DNA of 64,000 bases from an uncultured bacterium (GCA_963722655.1 CAVRNT010000002.1:206287-270286); one strand, 5' to 3'. Shown: positions 1 through 12,700, counted from the first letter of the stretch. Translations and numbers: made by a program. The notes: a model not told the origin generated them from the letters alone.

Positions 1-481
1 GCGTGAGCGGCGCCAAACTGTCGAAGATGCGCGTCATCTTCTGGATCTCCTTCGCGAACGCTAACTGTTCCTTCTTGGTGTATTTGGAAAGCTCGCCTTT
101 GGCCTGCTTGGCCTTGAGGTCAAGGAAATAGTTGAGACGCTGGCTGATGATCTTAAAGTTCGTGAGGATACCGCCGAGCCACCGAAAGATGACGTAGGGC
201 GATTTGGTCTCGTCGGCGATGCCTTTGATCGCGGCCTTCGCCGCCGGCGTCGTGCCGACCCAAAGGATGAGCCCGCCCTGCTTCACGGTCTCCTTGATGA
301 ACTCGATGGCCTTCGCCAAGCTCTTCACCGTTTCCTCCGGATCGATGATCTCGATCTCGTTACGGCGGCCGCCCAAAAACGGCTTCATCCGGGGGTGGGT
401 CGCCGTCTTTTTGTGACCGTAAAAAAGGCCCGTCTTGGCCATTTCCGTTATCTGCTCCTCGCTCAACGTTTCAACTGCCAT
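1..481 (-). CDS. rpsB: 30S ribosomal protein S2, N-terminal part; 3' end runs off the window
   Basis: Reverse-strand translation from ATG (complement 479-481) gives MAVETLSEEQITEMAKTGLFYGHKKTATHPRMKPFLGGRRNEIEIIDPEETVK...LILWVGT...RWLGGILTNFK, a typical S2 N-terminal half. It is absent from the ORF track because it has no stop inside the window. Confidence 0.85.
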   Translation of the reverse strand, partial: MAVETLSEEQITEMAKTGLFYGHKKTATHPRMKPFLGGRRNEIEIIDPEETVKSLAKAIEFIKETVKQGGLILWVGTTPAAKAAIKGIADETKSPYVIFRWLGGILTNFKIISQRLNYFLDLKAKQAKGELSKYTKKEQLAFAKEIQKMTRIFDSLAPLT

Positions 482-534
482 GTTTAAAATGTCTTGCTAT
501 ATTAAGCAAAAGTCAGGAGAAAGTAAAGGGCGCG

Positions 535-1161
535 CTATTTCCCTCTCCACTTGTCTATTTTTTTGTGATCACCGGATTTGAGGACCGCCGGCACATTGTG
601 CTTCTTCCAAACCTCCGGTCGGGTGTAGACCGGGTACGAGCCCTTGACGTCCTCCAAGGATTCCATCTTCCCGAGGACGCCGGGCAGATGCCGGCTCACG
701 GCCTCAGTCACGATGAGGGCCGGCAGCTCTCCGCCGGAGAGGACGAAATCGCCGATGGAGATTTCCTCATCCGCCAAATACTTGGCCACGCGCTCGTCCA
801 CGCCCTCGTACCGGCCGCAGATGAATATGAGGTCGCTGTACTTCGACAAACGTTTGGCTTCTTTTTGGGTGAATTTCTTCCCCCTTGTTGAGAACAATAT
901 CGTTCTTACTTGTCTCTTGTTTCTTATCGCATGTCGCTTAGCGCTCTCGACCGCTTTTTCGACTACATCCGGCATTATGACCATTCCCGGTCCGCCGCCG
1001 AATGGCCGGTCATCCACCTTCTTGTGCCTGCCGATGCCGAAACGCCGCAGGTTCACCAGGTCGAACTTGATGAGCTTTTTCTTCTCCGCTCGGCCTAAAA
1101 TGGACGAGTGCAGGTAATTTTCCACCGCCTCCGGAAACAAAGTGATGATATGGAAGGTCAT
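535..1161 (-). CDS. trmD: tRNA (guanine37-N1)-methyltransferase TrmD
   Basis: MTFHIITLFPEAVENYL...RPFGGGPGMVIMPDVV...ILFSTRGK... matches the TrmD/SPOUT knot fold. Confidence 0.9.
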   Translation of the reverse strand: MTFHIITLFPEAVENYLHSSILGRAEKKKLIKFDLVNLRRFGIGRHKKVDDRPFGGGPGMVIMPDVVEKAVESAKRHAIRNKRQVRTILFSTRGKKFTQKEAKRLSKYSDLIFICGRYEGVDERVAKYLADEEISIGDFVLSGGELPALIVTEAVSRHLPGVLGKMESLEDVKGSYPVYTRPEVWKKHNVPAVLKSGDHKKIDKWRGK

Positions 1162-1212
1162 TTGACCTTATTATATACGAAAAGCCGCACCTTGCGATGC
1201 GGCTTCCCCTTA

Positions 1213-1521
1213 CTAAAGATTTTGCTCTCTCGGTTCGCGATGTTCCCCGCGCGTGGAACCTTCCGGTTCCTCAATCTTCAAATTCACGCGGGCATTGTTC
1301 TTGATGCCGACGATGCGGAGCAAGCTCCGGATCGACTTGGCGGTCGCGCCCTGACGGCCAACCACCTGGCCCATGTCCTGCGGGTTGACCTTGAGCGAGA
1401 GGAGCACTCCCATCTCGTCGACCCTTCTGTCGATCACCACGTCATCCGGGTGATCGACGATGGACTTCACCAAGAACTCCAAGAAATCCTTATCGGATGT
1501 TTCTTTCATGCTGGTGTTCAT
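1213..1521 (-). CDS. KH-domain RNA-binding protein (KhpA/UPF0109-like)
   Basis: 102 aa with VGRQGATAKSIRSLLRIVG, a KH GXXG-like loop. It sits between rpsP and trmD, the usual position of this family. Confidence 0.7.
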   Translation of the reverse strand: MNTSMKETSDKDFLEFLVKSIVDHPDDVVIDRRVDEMGVLLSLKVNPQDMGQVVGRQGATAKSIRSLLRIVGIKNNARVNLKIEEPEGSTRGEHREPREQNL

Positions 1522-1601
1522 TCACTGCGACCTTTTCTTTCAACTCTGAAAGCGTGATTATAATTTAGCACACCTCACTTAAAATGTCAATATATTGAGG
1601 T

Positions 1602-1946
1602 TTAGGCGGCCGCGGGTTTGCCCTCCATAACTTCAGCGGAGGAGGGAGCGGCAGGTGCCGCAGCGGTTTCAGCGCTTTTCTTCGGCTTATTGTGAACCGG
1701 TATCTTCTTCCCTTTCAAAGCGCCGGCCGTGATGAGCAGATTGTGAACGGTCGGCGTCGGCTGGGCACCTTTCTTTATCCAGTCCAAGGCCTTTTCCTTT
1801 TCCACCTCAAACTTGTCCGTCCGCGGATTCCACCAGCCGAGATCGTCGGCAAAGCGGCCACTCATATTGTCGCGTTTCTCCCCCACCACAATCCTAAAGG
1901 AACCTTGGTGCTTTTTTCCGATTCTTTTGAGCTTTATCGCCAACAT
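1602..1946 (-). CDS. rpsP: 30S ribosomal protein S16 with Ala/Pro-rich C-terminal tail
   Basis: The N-terminus MLAIKLKRIGKKHQGSFRIVV is the canonical S16 start. Confidence 0.9.
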   Translation of the reverse strand: MLAIKLKRIGKKHQGSFRIVVGEKRDNMSGRFADDLGWWNPRTDKFEVEKEKALDWIKKGAQPTPTVHNLLITAGALKGKKIPVHNKPKKSAETAAAPAAPSSAEVMEGKPAAA

Positions 1947-2001
1947 ATAAGTGCTTCAATCCTACAGAAAACCCGTTTTCGTGTCAATCAGACGTCTTTT
2001 A

Positions 2002-4179
2002 TTACTCTAATTTCAATGAAAGCACCTTAGACACGCCGTCGTCCCCCATCGTCACCCCATAAAGCACGTCGGCTACCTCCATCGTCGCGCGGTTATGCGT
2101 CACGATGACGAACTGGGTCTTCGAGGCGAACTCCTTGATGAGCTCAGCGAAACGCCGGGCGTTCTCCTCGTCCAAGGCCGCATCGATCTCGTCCAGAACA
2201 AGAAAGGGCGGCGGCGAGATGGCGATCAGGGCGAAAAGGGCCGCGAGCGAAACGAGCGTCCTTTCTCCGCCTGAAAGCATTTCCAAACTCGTAATCTTCT
2301 TCCGCGGCACGTTCACGTCCACCTCCACGCCGATTTCCAGATCTGGTTCTTCATCTTTCCCCGGCAAAGCCGTCCCTTCCGCCGTCGCTCCGCCGTTCAG
2401 GACGGTTTCTTCAACGATCGTCGGCGATTTCTTCACTTCGAGTGAAAGTTTCGCCCGGCCGCCCCCGAACATCAGCCGGAAATAATCATTGAACTCCTCG
2501 CTGATGGCGTGGAAGGCCTTTTTGAAATCTTCGCGGATGCGTTCGTCCAAATCCTTGATGAGCGCCTTGAGGTCGGCGCTCGCCTTTTCGAGGTCGGCAA
2601 TCTGCTCCGTCAAAAACTCGTACCGCGCCTCGCTCTCGTCCGCCTCCTTGATGAGATTCGCGTCGATCTCGCCGATCGCGGCCATTTCGCCGCGGAGGCG
2701 CATCAATTTTCGCTCCGTCTCGCCCCACATTTCGGGCGAGAGTTCGGCCGCTCCGACCGGCGGGTCCGCCATTTTTAGTTCAGCGAGTGCCCGCCCGAGC
2801 GCGAGCCATTCCCGCTCTAGGTCCTTGAGGCCAATCTGCAATTTCTCTCTTTCCAAAAGCTGGGTTTGGATCCGCTGCTCGAGCGCCCGGGCGTCGTTCT
2901 TCGCCAAGTTCAAGGCCTCCACTCTTTCGCGGAAGACCTGGCTAGCCTTCTGCTGGCCGACGGCGACCTCTTCCTCTTCCTTCTGAAGTTTTTGGATGGC
3001 TTCCTTTTTCGCTTTGAGCTCCTCCTTAATCTTCTCACTCTGCGCAAGGAGCTCCTTGTCGAGCGTCACGCTCTCGCCCTCGATGAGCTTCTTGAGGCGC
3101 ACGAGCCAATTCTCGATAGAGTGCTTCACCGCCGCGAAGTCATTGGCGCTGCGCCAGGCCGCGAGGTCCTTGCGCAGGTCCTGAACCACTATTTTGAGCT
3201 CCGCCGCCGAGTGGTCCGCCGGCGCGACCGCTTTTTGCATCTCGAGCCGCGCCTCCAATTTGGCGAGTTCCAAGGCCAAGCCGGATTCCTCCTGGCCGGC
3301 CGCCTTTATCTTCTCTCGAATGGCCCGTGCCTTTTCAAAGTCGGCATCGGTGTTCTTGTCCTTCTCCAAAACCTTCTCTTGGCCCGCGATCTCGCGGTTC
3401 GCCGCCGAGAGCTCCTCTTGGAGCGCCTTGAGCGGCGCGTCCACCTTGGCGAGACCGGCAACGAGGGTTTGGTGGCGGACGTAAAAATAGGCGTCTTCGA
3501 GGTTCTTAAGCTCCTCCTCAACCTCGGTGCGACGGAGAAAACGGCCCTTTTGGCGTTTCAGCATACGGACGTGGGGCGCGAGTTCCTCGATCATCGCCCG
3601 CACCTTTTCCATATTGATCTCGCTTGTCTCCAACCGCCTTTCGGCCTGGTTCTTCTTGATGCGGAACTCCCGGAGCCCCAAGACCTCCTCGATCATCAAG
3701 CGCCTTTCCTCCGGAGTGCTCCTCACGAAGATGTCACTTTGGCCTTGGCCCACGATCATCAGTCCCCGCGTCCCAAGGCGGGCTTTGGCGAGGAGAGGCA
3801 AAAGGTCCCTGAGCTTGACCTCCGTGTCGTTCAAAGAGAACGTGGAATCTCCGGAGCGGTCAATGCGTCGCTCAAGGGCGGCTTCGGCCGTCTCGCCCGG
3901 GAAAATTTTCTTCTGGTTGTTGAAACAGAGGGCGACGCGCGCGAAACCGACCGCCGGCTTCTTCGGCGTGCCGGAAAAGATGAGGTTCTCCAAGGTCTCG
4001 CCGCGGAGCTGCTTCGCCTCCCGCTCGCCCAAGACCCAGCGGACGGCATCGATGATATTGGACTTTCCAGAGCCGTTCGGACCCACGACCGCCGTAACCC
4101 GCGATGGAAATTCCAAGACAGTCTTCCCGGCGAAGGACTTGAATCCTTGGAGCTCGAGGCGCGTCAAAAAGTTAGGCAT
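2002..4179 (-). CDS. smc: SMC-family chromosome segregation ATPase, unusually short (725 aa) with no recognisable hinge
   Basis: N-terminus LTRLELQGFKSFAGKTVLEFPSRVTAVVGPNGSGKSN (SMC Walker A). Long coiled-coil middle. C-terminus LSGGERTLVSLAALFALIAISPPPFLVLDEIDAALD (ABC signature and Walker B). Confidence 0.75.
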   Translation of the reverse strand: MPNFLTRLELQGFKSFAGKTVLEFPSRVTAVVGPNGSGKSNIIDAVRWVLGEREAKQLRGETLENLIFSGTPKKPAVGFARVALCFNNQKKIFPGETAEAALERRIDRSGDSTFSLNDTEVKLRDLLPLLAKARLGTRGLMIVGQGQSDIFVRSTPEERRLMIEEVLGLREFRIKKNQAERRLETSEINMEKVRAMIEELAPHVRMLKRQKGRFLRRTEVEEELKNLEDAYFYVRHQTLVAGLAKVDAPLKALQEELSAANREIAGQEKVLEKDKNTDADFEKARAIREKIKAAGQEESGLALELAKLEARLEMQKAVAPADHSAAELKIVVQDLRKDLAAWRSANDFAAVKHSIENWLVRLKKLIEGESVTLDKELLAQSEKIKEELKAKKEAIQKLQKEEEEVAVGQQKASQVFRERVEALNLAKNDARALEQRIQTQLLEREKLQIGLKDLEREWLALGRALAELKMADPPVGAAELSPEMWGETERKLMRLRGEMAAIGEIDANLIKEADESEARYEFLTEQIADLEKASADLKALIKDLDERIREDFKKAFHAISEEFNDYFRLMFGGGRAKLSLEVKKSPTIVEETVLNGGATAEGTALPGKDEEPDLEIGVEVDVNVPRKKITSLEMLSGGERTLVSLAALFALIAISPPPFLVLDEIDAALDEENARRFAELIKEFASKTQFVIVTHNRATMEVADVLYGVTMGDDGVSKVLSLKLE

Positions 4180-4879
4180 CCCTCTTTTTCTGATTTTCTA
4201 ATTTGGTGAGCGCGTTTTGGGCGGCCCGGTTCTCGGCCTCCTGCTTCGAGGAACCCGCACCCTCGGCGAAAAGCTTGCCGCCGAAATAGACGCCGATCTG
4301 GAACTCCTTCTGGTGATCGGGGCCGGTCTCGCGGACGACCTCGTACGTCGGCGTGACTTTCAATTTTTCCTGAATGATCTCCTGCAAGATGCTCTTTGGG
4401 TCGCGGTCCAATCCTTTCTCTACGATCCCCTCCAAATGGGGCAAGACCAGTTTATCCACGACCTCGCGGGCCATTTCGTATCCGCGGTCCAGATAGACGG
4501 CGCCCACGAGCGCCTCGACGGCGTTCGAAAGGATGATGTCCTTCGCCTTCTTGCTGTCCTTGGCCTCCCCCTTTGAGAGGAGGACGAATTTCTGAAGGTC
4601 GATCTCTTTGCCAACCTGCGCGAGCATTTCACGGTTCACGAGGGCGGCCCGCAGGGTTGTCATCCGGCCCTCCTGGAACTCCGGGTAGCGGGCGAAGAGG
4701 TACTCCGTCACGGCCAACTCCAAAACGGCGTCCCCCAAATATTCCAGCCGCTCGTTGTTCTGGAGCGGCCAAGAAGGGTGCTCGTTGAGATAGGAGCGGT
4801 GCGTTAGGGCTTCCTTCAAAAGTTCCTGGCTTTTGAACTTAACCCCTAAAGTCCCCTCCAGCTTGGATAGGTCTGTCAT
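4172..4879 (-). CDS. rnc: Ribonuclease III
   Basis: Carries the RNase III signature ERLEYLGDAVLELAVTEYLF and a C-terminal dsRBD (KQEAENRAAQNALTKL). Overlaps the SMC start by 8 nt. Confidence 0.9.
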   Translation of the reverse strand: MTDLSKLEGTLGVKFKSQELLKEALTHRSYLNEHPSWPLQNNERLEYLGDAVLELAVTEYLFARYPEFQEGRMTTLRAALVNREMLAQVGKEIDLQKFVLLSKGEAKDSKKAKDIILSNAVEALVGAVYLDRGYEMAREVVDKLVLPHLEGIVEKGLDRDPKSILQEIIQEKLKVTPTYEVVRETGPDHQKEFQIGVYFGGKLFAEGAGSSKQEAENRAAQNALTKLENQKKRDA

Positions 4880-4934
4880 TCCTGCTTTAATCTTTTCTCT
4901 GCCTCAATTTTAACGTAGAATAAGGGAAATCTCA

Positions 4935-6353
4935 ATGTATATCCCCACCATCGGCCTCGAAATCCACGCCGAGCTCAAGACCAAGACCAAGATGTTCTGC
5001 GGGTGCAAGAACAACCCCGATGAAACGCACTCCAATATGAACGTCTGTCCAGTCTGCTTGGGCCACCCAGGGACCCTGCCAACCATAAACAAGGAAGCGG
5101 TGGCTTTGATGCTCAAGATCGGCATGGCCTTGGGCGGCGACATCGCCGGCTTTTCCCAGTTCGACCGCAAGAGCTATTTTTACCCCGACCTCCCCAAGGG
5201 CTACCAGATCTCACAGTACGAATACCCCATCGTGCAGAAGGGCGCTTTGAACGGCGTCCGCATCACCCGCGTCCACCTTGAAGAGGATGCCGGCCGCCTC
5301 GCTCACGCGGACGAAGCGTCCCTAGTGGACTTCAACCGGGCCGGCGTGCCCCTGATGGAGCTCGTGACTGAACCGGATATCAAGAACGCCGACGAGGCCG
5401 TGGCCTTCGCGACGTCTTTGCGGCAGATCCTCCGTTACCTCGGCGCCTCGGACGCGGACATGGAAAAGGGTCAGATGCGCATCGAGGCGAACGTCAGTAT
5501 CGCTCCGGAAGACGCTGGCAAACTGGGTACAAAGATTGAGGTAAAGAACATCAATTCGTTCAAAGCAGTCTATGACGCCATCCAATACGAGATCGAAAGG
5601 CAGTCCAAAATCTTGGACGAGGGCGGGAAGCTCAAGCAGGAGACGCGCGGTTGGGACGACACGAAGGGCGTGACCGTCAGCCAGCGTAGCAAAGAGGAGG
5701 CGAACGATTATCGCTACTTCCCCGAGCCGGACCTGCCGCCGATGGATCTGAAGTCGGCTTTTGATATTGAAAAAATAAGAGACGAATTACCGGAACTGCC
5801 GGAGGCGAAGAAGCATCGTTTCGTCCAAGAGTTCGGTTTGCCACAACCGCTAGTCGAGACGCTCACGATGGAAAAAGAATTCGCCGAATACTTCGAGGAG
5901 GCGGCCTCGGAACTCAAGGAGCGCTCGCCGAAGGCTGATTACCAGACACTCGCGAATTACCTGACGAGCGATCTCCGGGGACTGATGAAGAACGCGAATA
6001 TGGAGATCGTAGACATCAAAGTGCCGCCGGAGCACATCGCGCATCTCGTCGCCTTGATCAGCGATGGCAAGCTCACGAGCCGCCTCGCCAAAGACATCCT
6101 CACCAAGATGTTTTCGACCGGCGAAGACCCGGAGAATATTATGAAAGGTGGAGGAATGGAGCTTGTGAGCGGCGAAGGCGAGCTCGGCAAGATCGCCGAC
6201 GAGGTCATCGCCGCGAACGCCAAATCGGTTGCGGATTTCAAAAATGGCAAGCAGAACGCCCTCCAATTCCTCGTCGGCCAGATGATGGCCAAGACGAAAG
6301 GCAAGGCCGAGCCGAATACGGCCCGGAAAATCCTCGAAGAAAAGCTGAGTTAG
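4935..6353 (+). CDS. gatB: Asp/Glu-tRNA(Asn/Gln) amidotransferase subunit B
   Basis: MYIPTIGLEIHAELKTKTKMFCGCKNNPDE...VCPVCLGHPGTLP is a GatB N-terminus with the Zn Cys cluster. 472 aa. Confidence 0.9.
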   Translation: MYIPTIGLEIHAELKTKTKMFCGCKNNPDETHSNMNVCPVCLGHPGTLPTINKEAVALMLKIGMALGGDIAGFSQFDRKSYFYPDLPKGYQISQYEYPIVQKGALNGVRITRVHLEEDAGRLAHADEASLVDFNRAGVPLMELVTEPDIKNADEAVAFATSLRQILRYLGASDADMEKGQMRIEANVSIAPEDAGKLGTKIEVKNINSFKAVYDAIQYEIERQSKILDEGGKLKQETRGWDDTKGVTVSQRSKEEANDYRYFPEPDLPPMDLKSAFDIEKIRDELPELPEAKKHRFVQEFGLPQPLVETLTMEKEFAEYFEEAASELKERSPKADYQTLANYLTSDLRGLMKNANMEIVDIKVPPEHIAHLVALISDGKLTSRLAKDILTKMFSTGEDPENIMKGGGMELVSGEGELGKIADEVIAANAKSVADFKNGKQNALQFLVGQMMAKTKGKAEPNTARKILEEKLS

Positions 6354-6949
6354 CCGATCCGCAACCGCCCCACGAAAGATCGCAAGGTTTTGATTTTACC
6401 GTCGTTCCTAAAAACGACGTCCCCAACTTTCCTGCGCGCGAAAGCCGCGTATTCCCTGAAATAACGAGGGAGGTCCGGCAAATACCGCTCGGCCGGCTTC
6501 TTTCTACCATAAAGGTTCTTCATTAACTGCTTCCTACTTAACGAGATCTGGATCACAAAAAGGCGAAAACGGTTGTCTTTGCACCATCTTTTCACCAAGG
6601 TATATTTTCGCTCAATGCCGCTATCCAAGACAAGAAATTTATTCAGGGATTCTTTAGACAAACTGGAGATCAAAAACGGCAAGTATTCTATTAGGACTTT
6701 TTGGCCTTCATCCGGTCTATATCCAAAACGAACTATGTCGAACCTATTGATAATGCGGCGTATCTCGTCGTTGCTGATCCTAACGGCGTGATAGCGGCTG
6801 GCGATCTGGCGGGCCAGCAATGTTTTCCCCGAACCCGGCACTCCGGCGATACCGATGACCAAACGCGCTGAATTCAGTATGTTGAGGTCCTTAAGTACCT
6901 TCTTATTGAGAGAGAAGATCTTTTTAAAAAGGATGGTTTCCCTCTTCAT
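6350..6949 (-). CDS. P-loop NTPase / predicted kinase (AAA_33 or zeta-toxin-like fold)
   Basis: Walker A GIAGVPGSGKTLLARQIA. Start moved to the internal MKRETILF (complement 6947-6949), which overlaps the rnhA stop in an ATGA arrangement. The longer track ORF would overlap the gatB 3' end. Confidence 0.5.
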   Translation of the reverse strand: MKRETILFKKIFSLNKKVLKDLNILNSARLVIGIAGVPGSGKTLLARQIASRYHAVRISNDEIRRIINRFDIVRFGYRPDEGQKVLIEYLPFLISSLSKESLNKFLVLDSGIERKYTLVKRWCKDNRFRLFVIQISLSRKQLMKNLYGRKKPAERYLPDLPRYFREYAAFARRKVGDVVFRNDGKIKTLRSFVGRLRIG

Positions 6950-7359
6950 ATGAGAGTGTCCAACGCCCGGTTTACCAGGGCATCGGCTTTTTTGTTCTCC
7001 TCCCGCGGCACGTGCTTGAACGTGATCGATTTGAAGTCCTGCTTTAGATTCCAAACGTCGATGAAGAGTGGCTTCAAGCTTTCTTCTTTTATCTTGTACT
7101 GCCCAGTGAGCTGCTTTACGAGGAGTTCGCTGTCGGCCCGAATTTCCACCTCCGCCGCTTCAGCTTTCTTGCCTCCCAAAAGCGCTTTGGCCTTCTTGAG
7201 GGCGAAGATCACCGCCTTGTACTCGGCGACGTTGTTCGTCGTTTTACCGATGTATTCGCCGTATTCGTGCCCATCCACGACGGCTCCGATCGCCGCCGGA
7301 CCCGGATTTCCTCTCGCTCCTCCATCCGTATTGATGATTAATTTTTGATGTTTTTCCAT
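6946..7359 (-). CDS. rnhA: Ribonuclease HI
   Basis: LIINTDGGARGNPGPAAIGAVV...EYKAVIFALKKA...FKHVPREENKKADALVNRA covers the RNase H DEDD motifs. Confidence 0.85.
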   Translation of the reverse strand: MEKHQKLIINTDGGARGNPGPAAIGAVVDGHEYGEYIGKTTNNVAEYKAVIFALKKAKALLGGKKAEAAEVEIRADSELLVKQLTGQYKIKEESLKPLFIDVWNLKQDFKSITFKHVPREENKKADALVNRALDTLI

Positions 7360-8192
7360 GGAAATGGTGCCGTCGCCGGTAAAGTGAATCCGGCCGCGTG
7401 TTTGTGTCCTCCCCCGCCCGGGAATTTCGCCGCGAGCTTCGCGACGTCCATTGCGCCTTTAGACCGCAGCGAATACTTGCGGTTCCGGCCGTTCTCGTAC
7501 CAAACGATGCCGACCGGGTGGTCTTTGTCGATGAGCCGATGGCCCACAAGCGAATGGGTCTGGGCTGCGCCCTCGTTTGCGACCCTGGCCCGGTGACCGA
7601 AAAACTCCACTTCATAGGCGTGGCCTAGAACGTCCTGGATCAAACTGTCCCGATACTGCCCGATGATCTCCCCTTCGGCGATGCACCTGGCGCGGCTTTC
7701 CTTGTCCTCAAGCGTATCCGCGAGCTTGTTCCATTCCTTGAATTTGAAATTCGCAAGGCCGAGCCAGTTCCCGATGGCGTAAGTATTCGGCAACTTGAAT
7801 TTCCACAGGTCGTTGTCCTCCACGTAAAGCAGAAGGGTCGGCACCTCTTTTTTGGGATGAAAGTGCTTCCAGGTCAGGACCGCACCGGAATGCTTTAGGT
7901 TGAAGATGAAGTTTGTTACGTATACTCCCCGATCCTTATTGGTGGGGTGGTGGTCGACGACCGTCACCGATTTGTTCGACGCCGTGAGCTTCTTCAGCAC
8001 CTCTGGGGAGGAACATGTGTCCAGAAAATAGATCTCGCGGTTTTCCACTTCCATGCCGCCCAATTGATCTTTGGTCTGGCTGGCGTTTATCGGCACGTAT
8101 TGGGCTTTCGTCCCGAATTTCTTCCAGGCCGCCCAGGCGGCACCGAACCCGTCGGGGCAACTCGCGTGATAGAAAACAACGATGGGTTTCAT
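7338..8192 (-). CDS. DHH-family phosphoesterase (NrnA-like nanoRNase/pAp phosphatase)
   Basis: FYHASCPDGFGAAWAAW resembles DHH motif I. VTVVDHHPT is the DHH motif. Has a C-terminal GGGH (DHHA1-like). Confidence 0.5.
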   Translation of the reverse strand: MKPIVVFYHASCPDGFGAAWAAWKKFGTKAQYVPINASQTKDQLGGMEVENREIYFLDTCSSPEVLKKLTASNKSVTVVDHHPTNKDRGVYVTNFIFNLKHSGAVLTWKHFHPKKEVPTLLLYVEDNDLWKFKLPNTYAIGNWLGLANFKFKEWNKLADTLEDKESRARCIAEGEIIGQYRDSLIQDVLGHAYEVEFFGHRARVANEGAAQTHSLVGHRLIDKDHPVGIVWYENGRNRKYSLRSKGAMDVAKLAAKFPGGGGHKHAAGFTLPATAPFPWKNIKN

Positions 8193-9334
8193 TTGAGTGA
8201 TTCTATCCCCGGCAATTTCTTGCCGGAAAGGTATTCCAGCATCGCGCCACCGCCCGTTGATAAAAACACGTTAGTTGGTAGTTTGTAGTAAGTAGTGAGT
8301 AGACCTAACGAGGTAATAGTTTCTCCGCCGCCGATGACGACATTCGCCTTTTTGTTCGCGAGGACGGTCCTCCAAATCTCCCTCGTGCCGCCCCCGAAAC
8401 CTTTTGTCTCGAACCATCCCATCGGGCCGTTCCAGATTATGGTCCTAGATTTTTTTATTATAGCTGCGTATTCCTTCACGGTCTTTGGGCCGACGTCCAA
8501 GATCTTCGTCCCCCTCCATTTCAGATCAACAGGCAAGTGGACCTTCTTGAAATTGAGATACGGTCTTACCAGCGGCACTGTTTTCGTATCAACGAGCGAG
8601 CCGCCGACATTCATCCCCTCCGCTTTCAAAATTGTATTCGCGGGAGCACCACCGACAAGGAAGTTCTCGGCCTTATTCCAAAAATACTTCATTACGCCCA
8701 GCTTATCGGATATCTTCGCTCCACCAATGATGAGCGTGAGCGGCTTTTTGTACCGGCCCATCGCCGTTTCCAAGTTCCTTATTTCCCTCTCCATCAAAAG
8801 CCCGGCGTATGATGGCAAGAATTTCGCGATGGCCGCGACCGAGGCGTTCGCCCGGTGCGAGACGGCGAAAGCATCGTTCACGTAGAAATCGCCCATTCTC
8901 GCCAGCCCGCGAGCAAAAGCCGGATCGTTCGTCTCTTCACCCTTGAAGAACCGCAAGTTCTCAACAAGGACCAAACGAGCCGTGGATTTTCGAACAGCCA
9001 TTTTTAGCGCGCCTAACCGCGCGGCATACACGAAGTCAATTGGCACATTTAATTTTTGGGCGAATATAAAACCGAACGGAAAGAGCGAATATGCCCTATT
9101 CCGTATTCTTGAACTGGTATTCGGAACTGGTCGGCCGCGGTGGCTCAAAATCACCACTTTCACCTTGTGCTTTAAAAGTAGCTTTATTGTTGGTAGGACC
9201 GCCTCCAGGCGGTACGAATCGAGCGGCATGCTTTCTTCCACATTCAGGTCCACGCGCAAAAGGCACGTCTTCCCGGAAAATTTCTTCAGGTTCTGCCTGC
9301 TCAGGTACTTGATCATTAAAATGATTATAAACAA
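8189..9334 (-). CDS. pgk: Phosphoglycerate kinase
   Basis: VVILSHRGRP, FLVGGAPANT and IIGGGETI are PGK hallmarks. The start codon lies 17 nt downstream of the 5S rRNA 3' end. Confidence 0.9.
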   Translation of the reverse strand: MFIIILMIKYLSRQNLKKFSGKTCLLRVDLNVEESMPLDSYRLEAVLPTIKLLLKHKVKVVILSHRGRPVPNTSSRIRNRAYSLFPFGFIFAQKLNVPIDFVYAARLGALKMAVRKSTARLVLVENLRFFKGEETNDPAFARGLARMGDFYVNDAFAVSHRANASVAAIAKFLPSYAGLLMEREIRNLETAMGRYKKPLTLIIGGAKISDKLGVMKYFWNKAENFLVGGAPANTILKAEGMNVGGSLVDTKTVPLVRPYLNFKKVHLPVDLKWRGTKILDVGPKTVKEYAAIIKKSRTIIWNGPMGWFETKGFGGGTREIWRTVLANKKANVVIGGGETITSLGLLTTYYKLPTNVFLSTGGGAMLEYLSGKKLPGIESLK

Positions 9335-9350
9335 AAAAGGAGCTTTTGTA

Positions 9351-9466
9351 TGCCGGCGTACCCTACTTTCCCAACCTAACGGTTAGTATCATCAGGCCTA
9401 AGCGCTTTCACTTCTCAGTTCGGAATGGATGAGGTGGGTCACGCTTGGGTTGAACACCGACAAACA
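9351..9466 (-). rRNA. rrf: 5S ribosomal RNA
   Basis: The reverse complement reads GTCGGTGTTCAACCCAAGCGTGACCCACCTCATCCATTCCGAACTGAGAAGTGAAAGCGCTTAGGCCTGATGATACTAACCGTTAGGTTGGGAAAGTAGGGTACGCCGGC, which contains the conserved 5S CCGAAC...GGGAGAGTAGG-type helices. Confidence 0.8.
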
Positions 9467-9519
9467 AAAGCTCCTTTTTCGTAACTTCGGCTTTTTGAGA
9501 TAGAAATTAATGTGCTCCA

Positions 9520-12590
<3,071 letters not shown>

Positions 12591-12677
12591 TTTCTACCTC
12601 AAAAAACCGATTTGCGACTACGGTCTCTTGAGTTTTTCTTCGATCAGATATTCACTTTTAAAAATTCGTTCAGACAA

Positions 12678-12700
12678 CAAAAAACCGCCGAGCTGGCGGG
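12678..12700 (-). terminator. Putative intrinsic terminator after pcm (hairpin CCGCCAGCTCGGCGG followed by a U-run on the minus strand)
   Basis: Plus strand reads aaaaaaccgccgagctggcgg. Read on the minus strand this is a GC hairpin followed by TTTTTT, 35 nt downstream of the pcm stop and upstream of the 23S 5' end. Confidence 0.4.

Noticed and set aside
2866-4209. Long plus-strand ORF (447 aa) and several other 60-230 aa ORFs antisense to SMC
   Set aside because: The translations are low-complexity and Arg/Leu/Ala-rich with no motifs. They overlap the well-supported SMC gene on the opposite strand, which is a typical high-GC antisense artefact. The same applies to 47331-48629(+), 48550-50031(+), 23956-24756(-), 54059-54928(-), 55679-56431(+), 58406-59197(-), 57175-57846(-), 39592-40194(+), 34334-35038(+) and 33475-34179(-).
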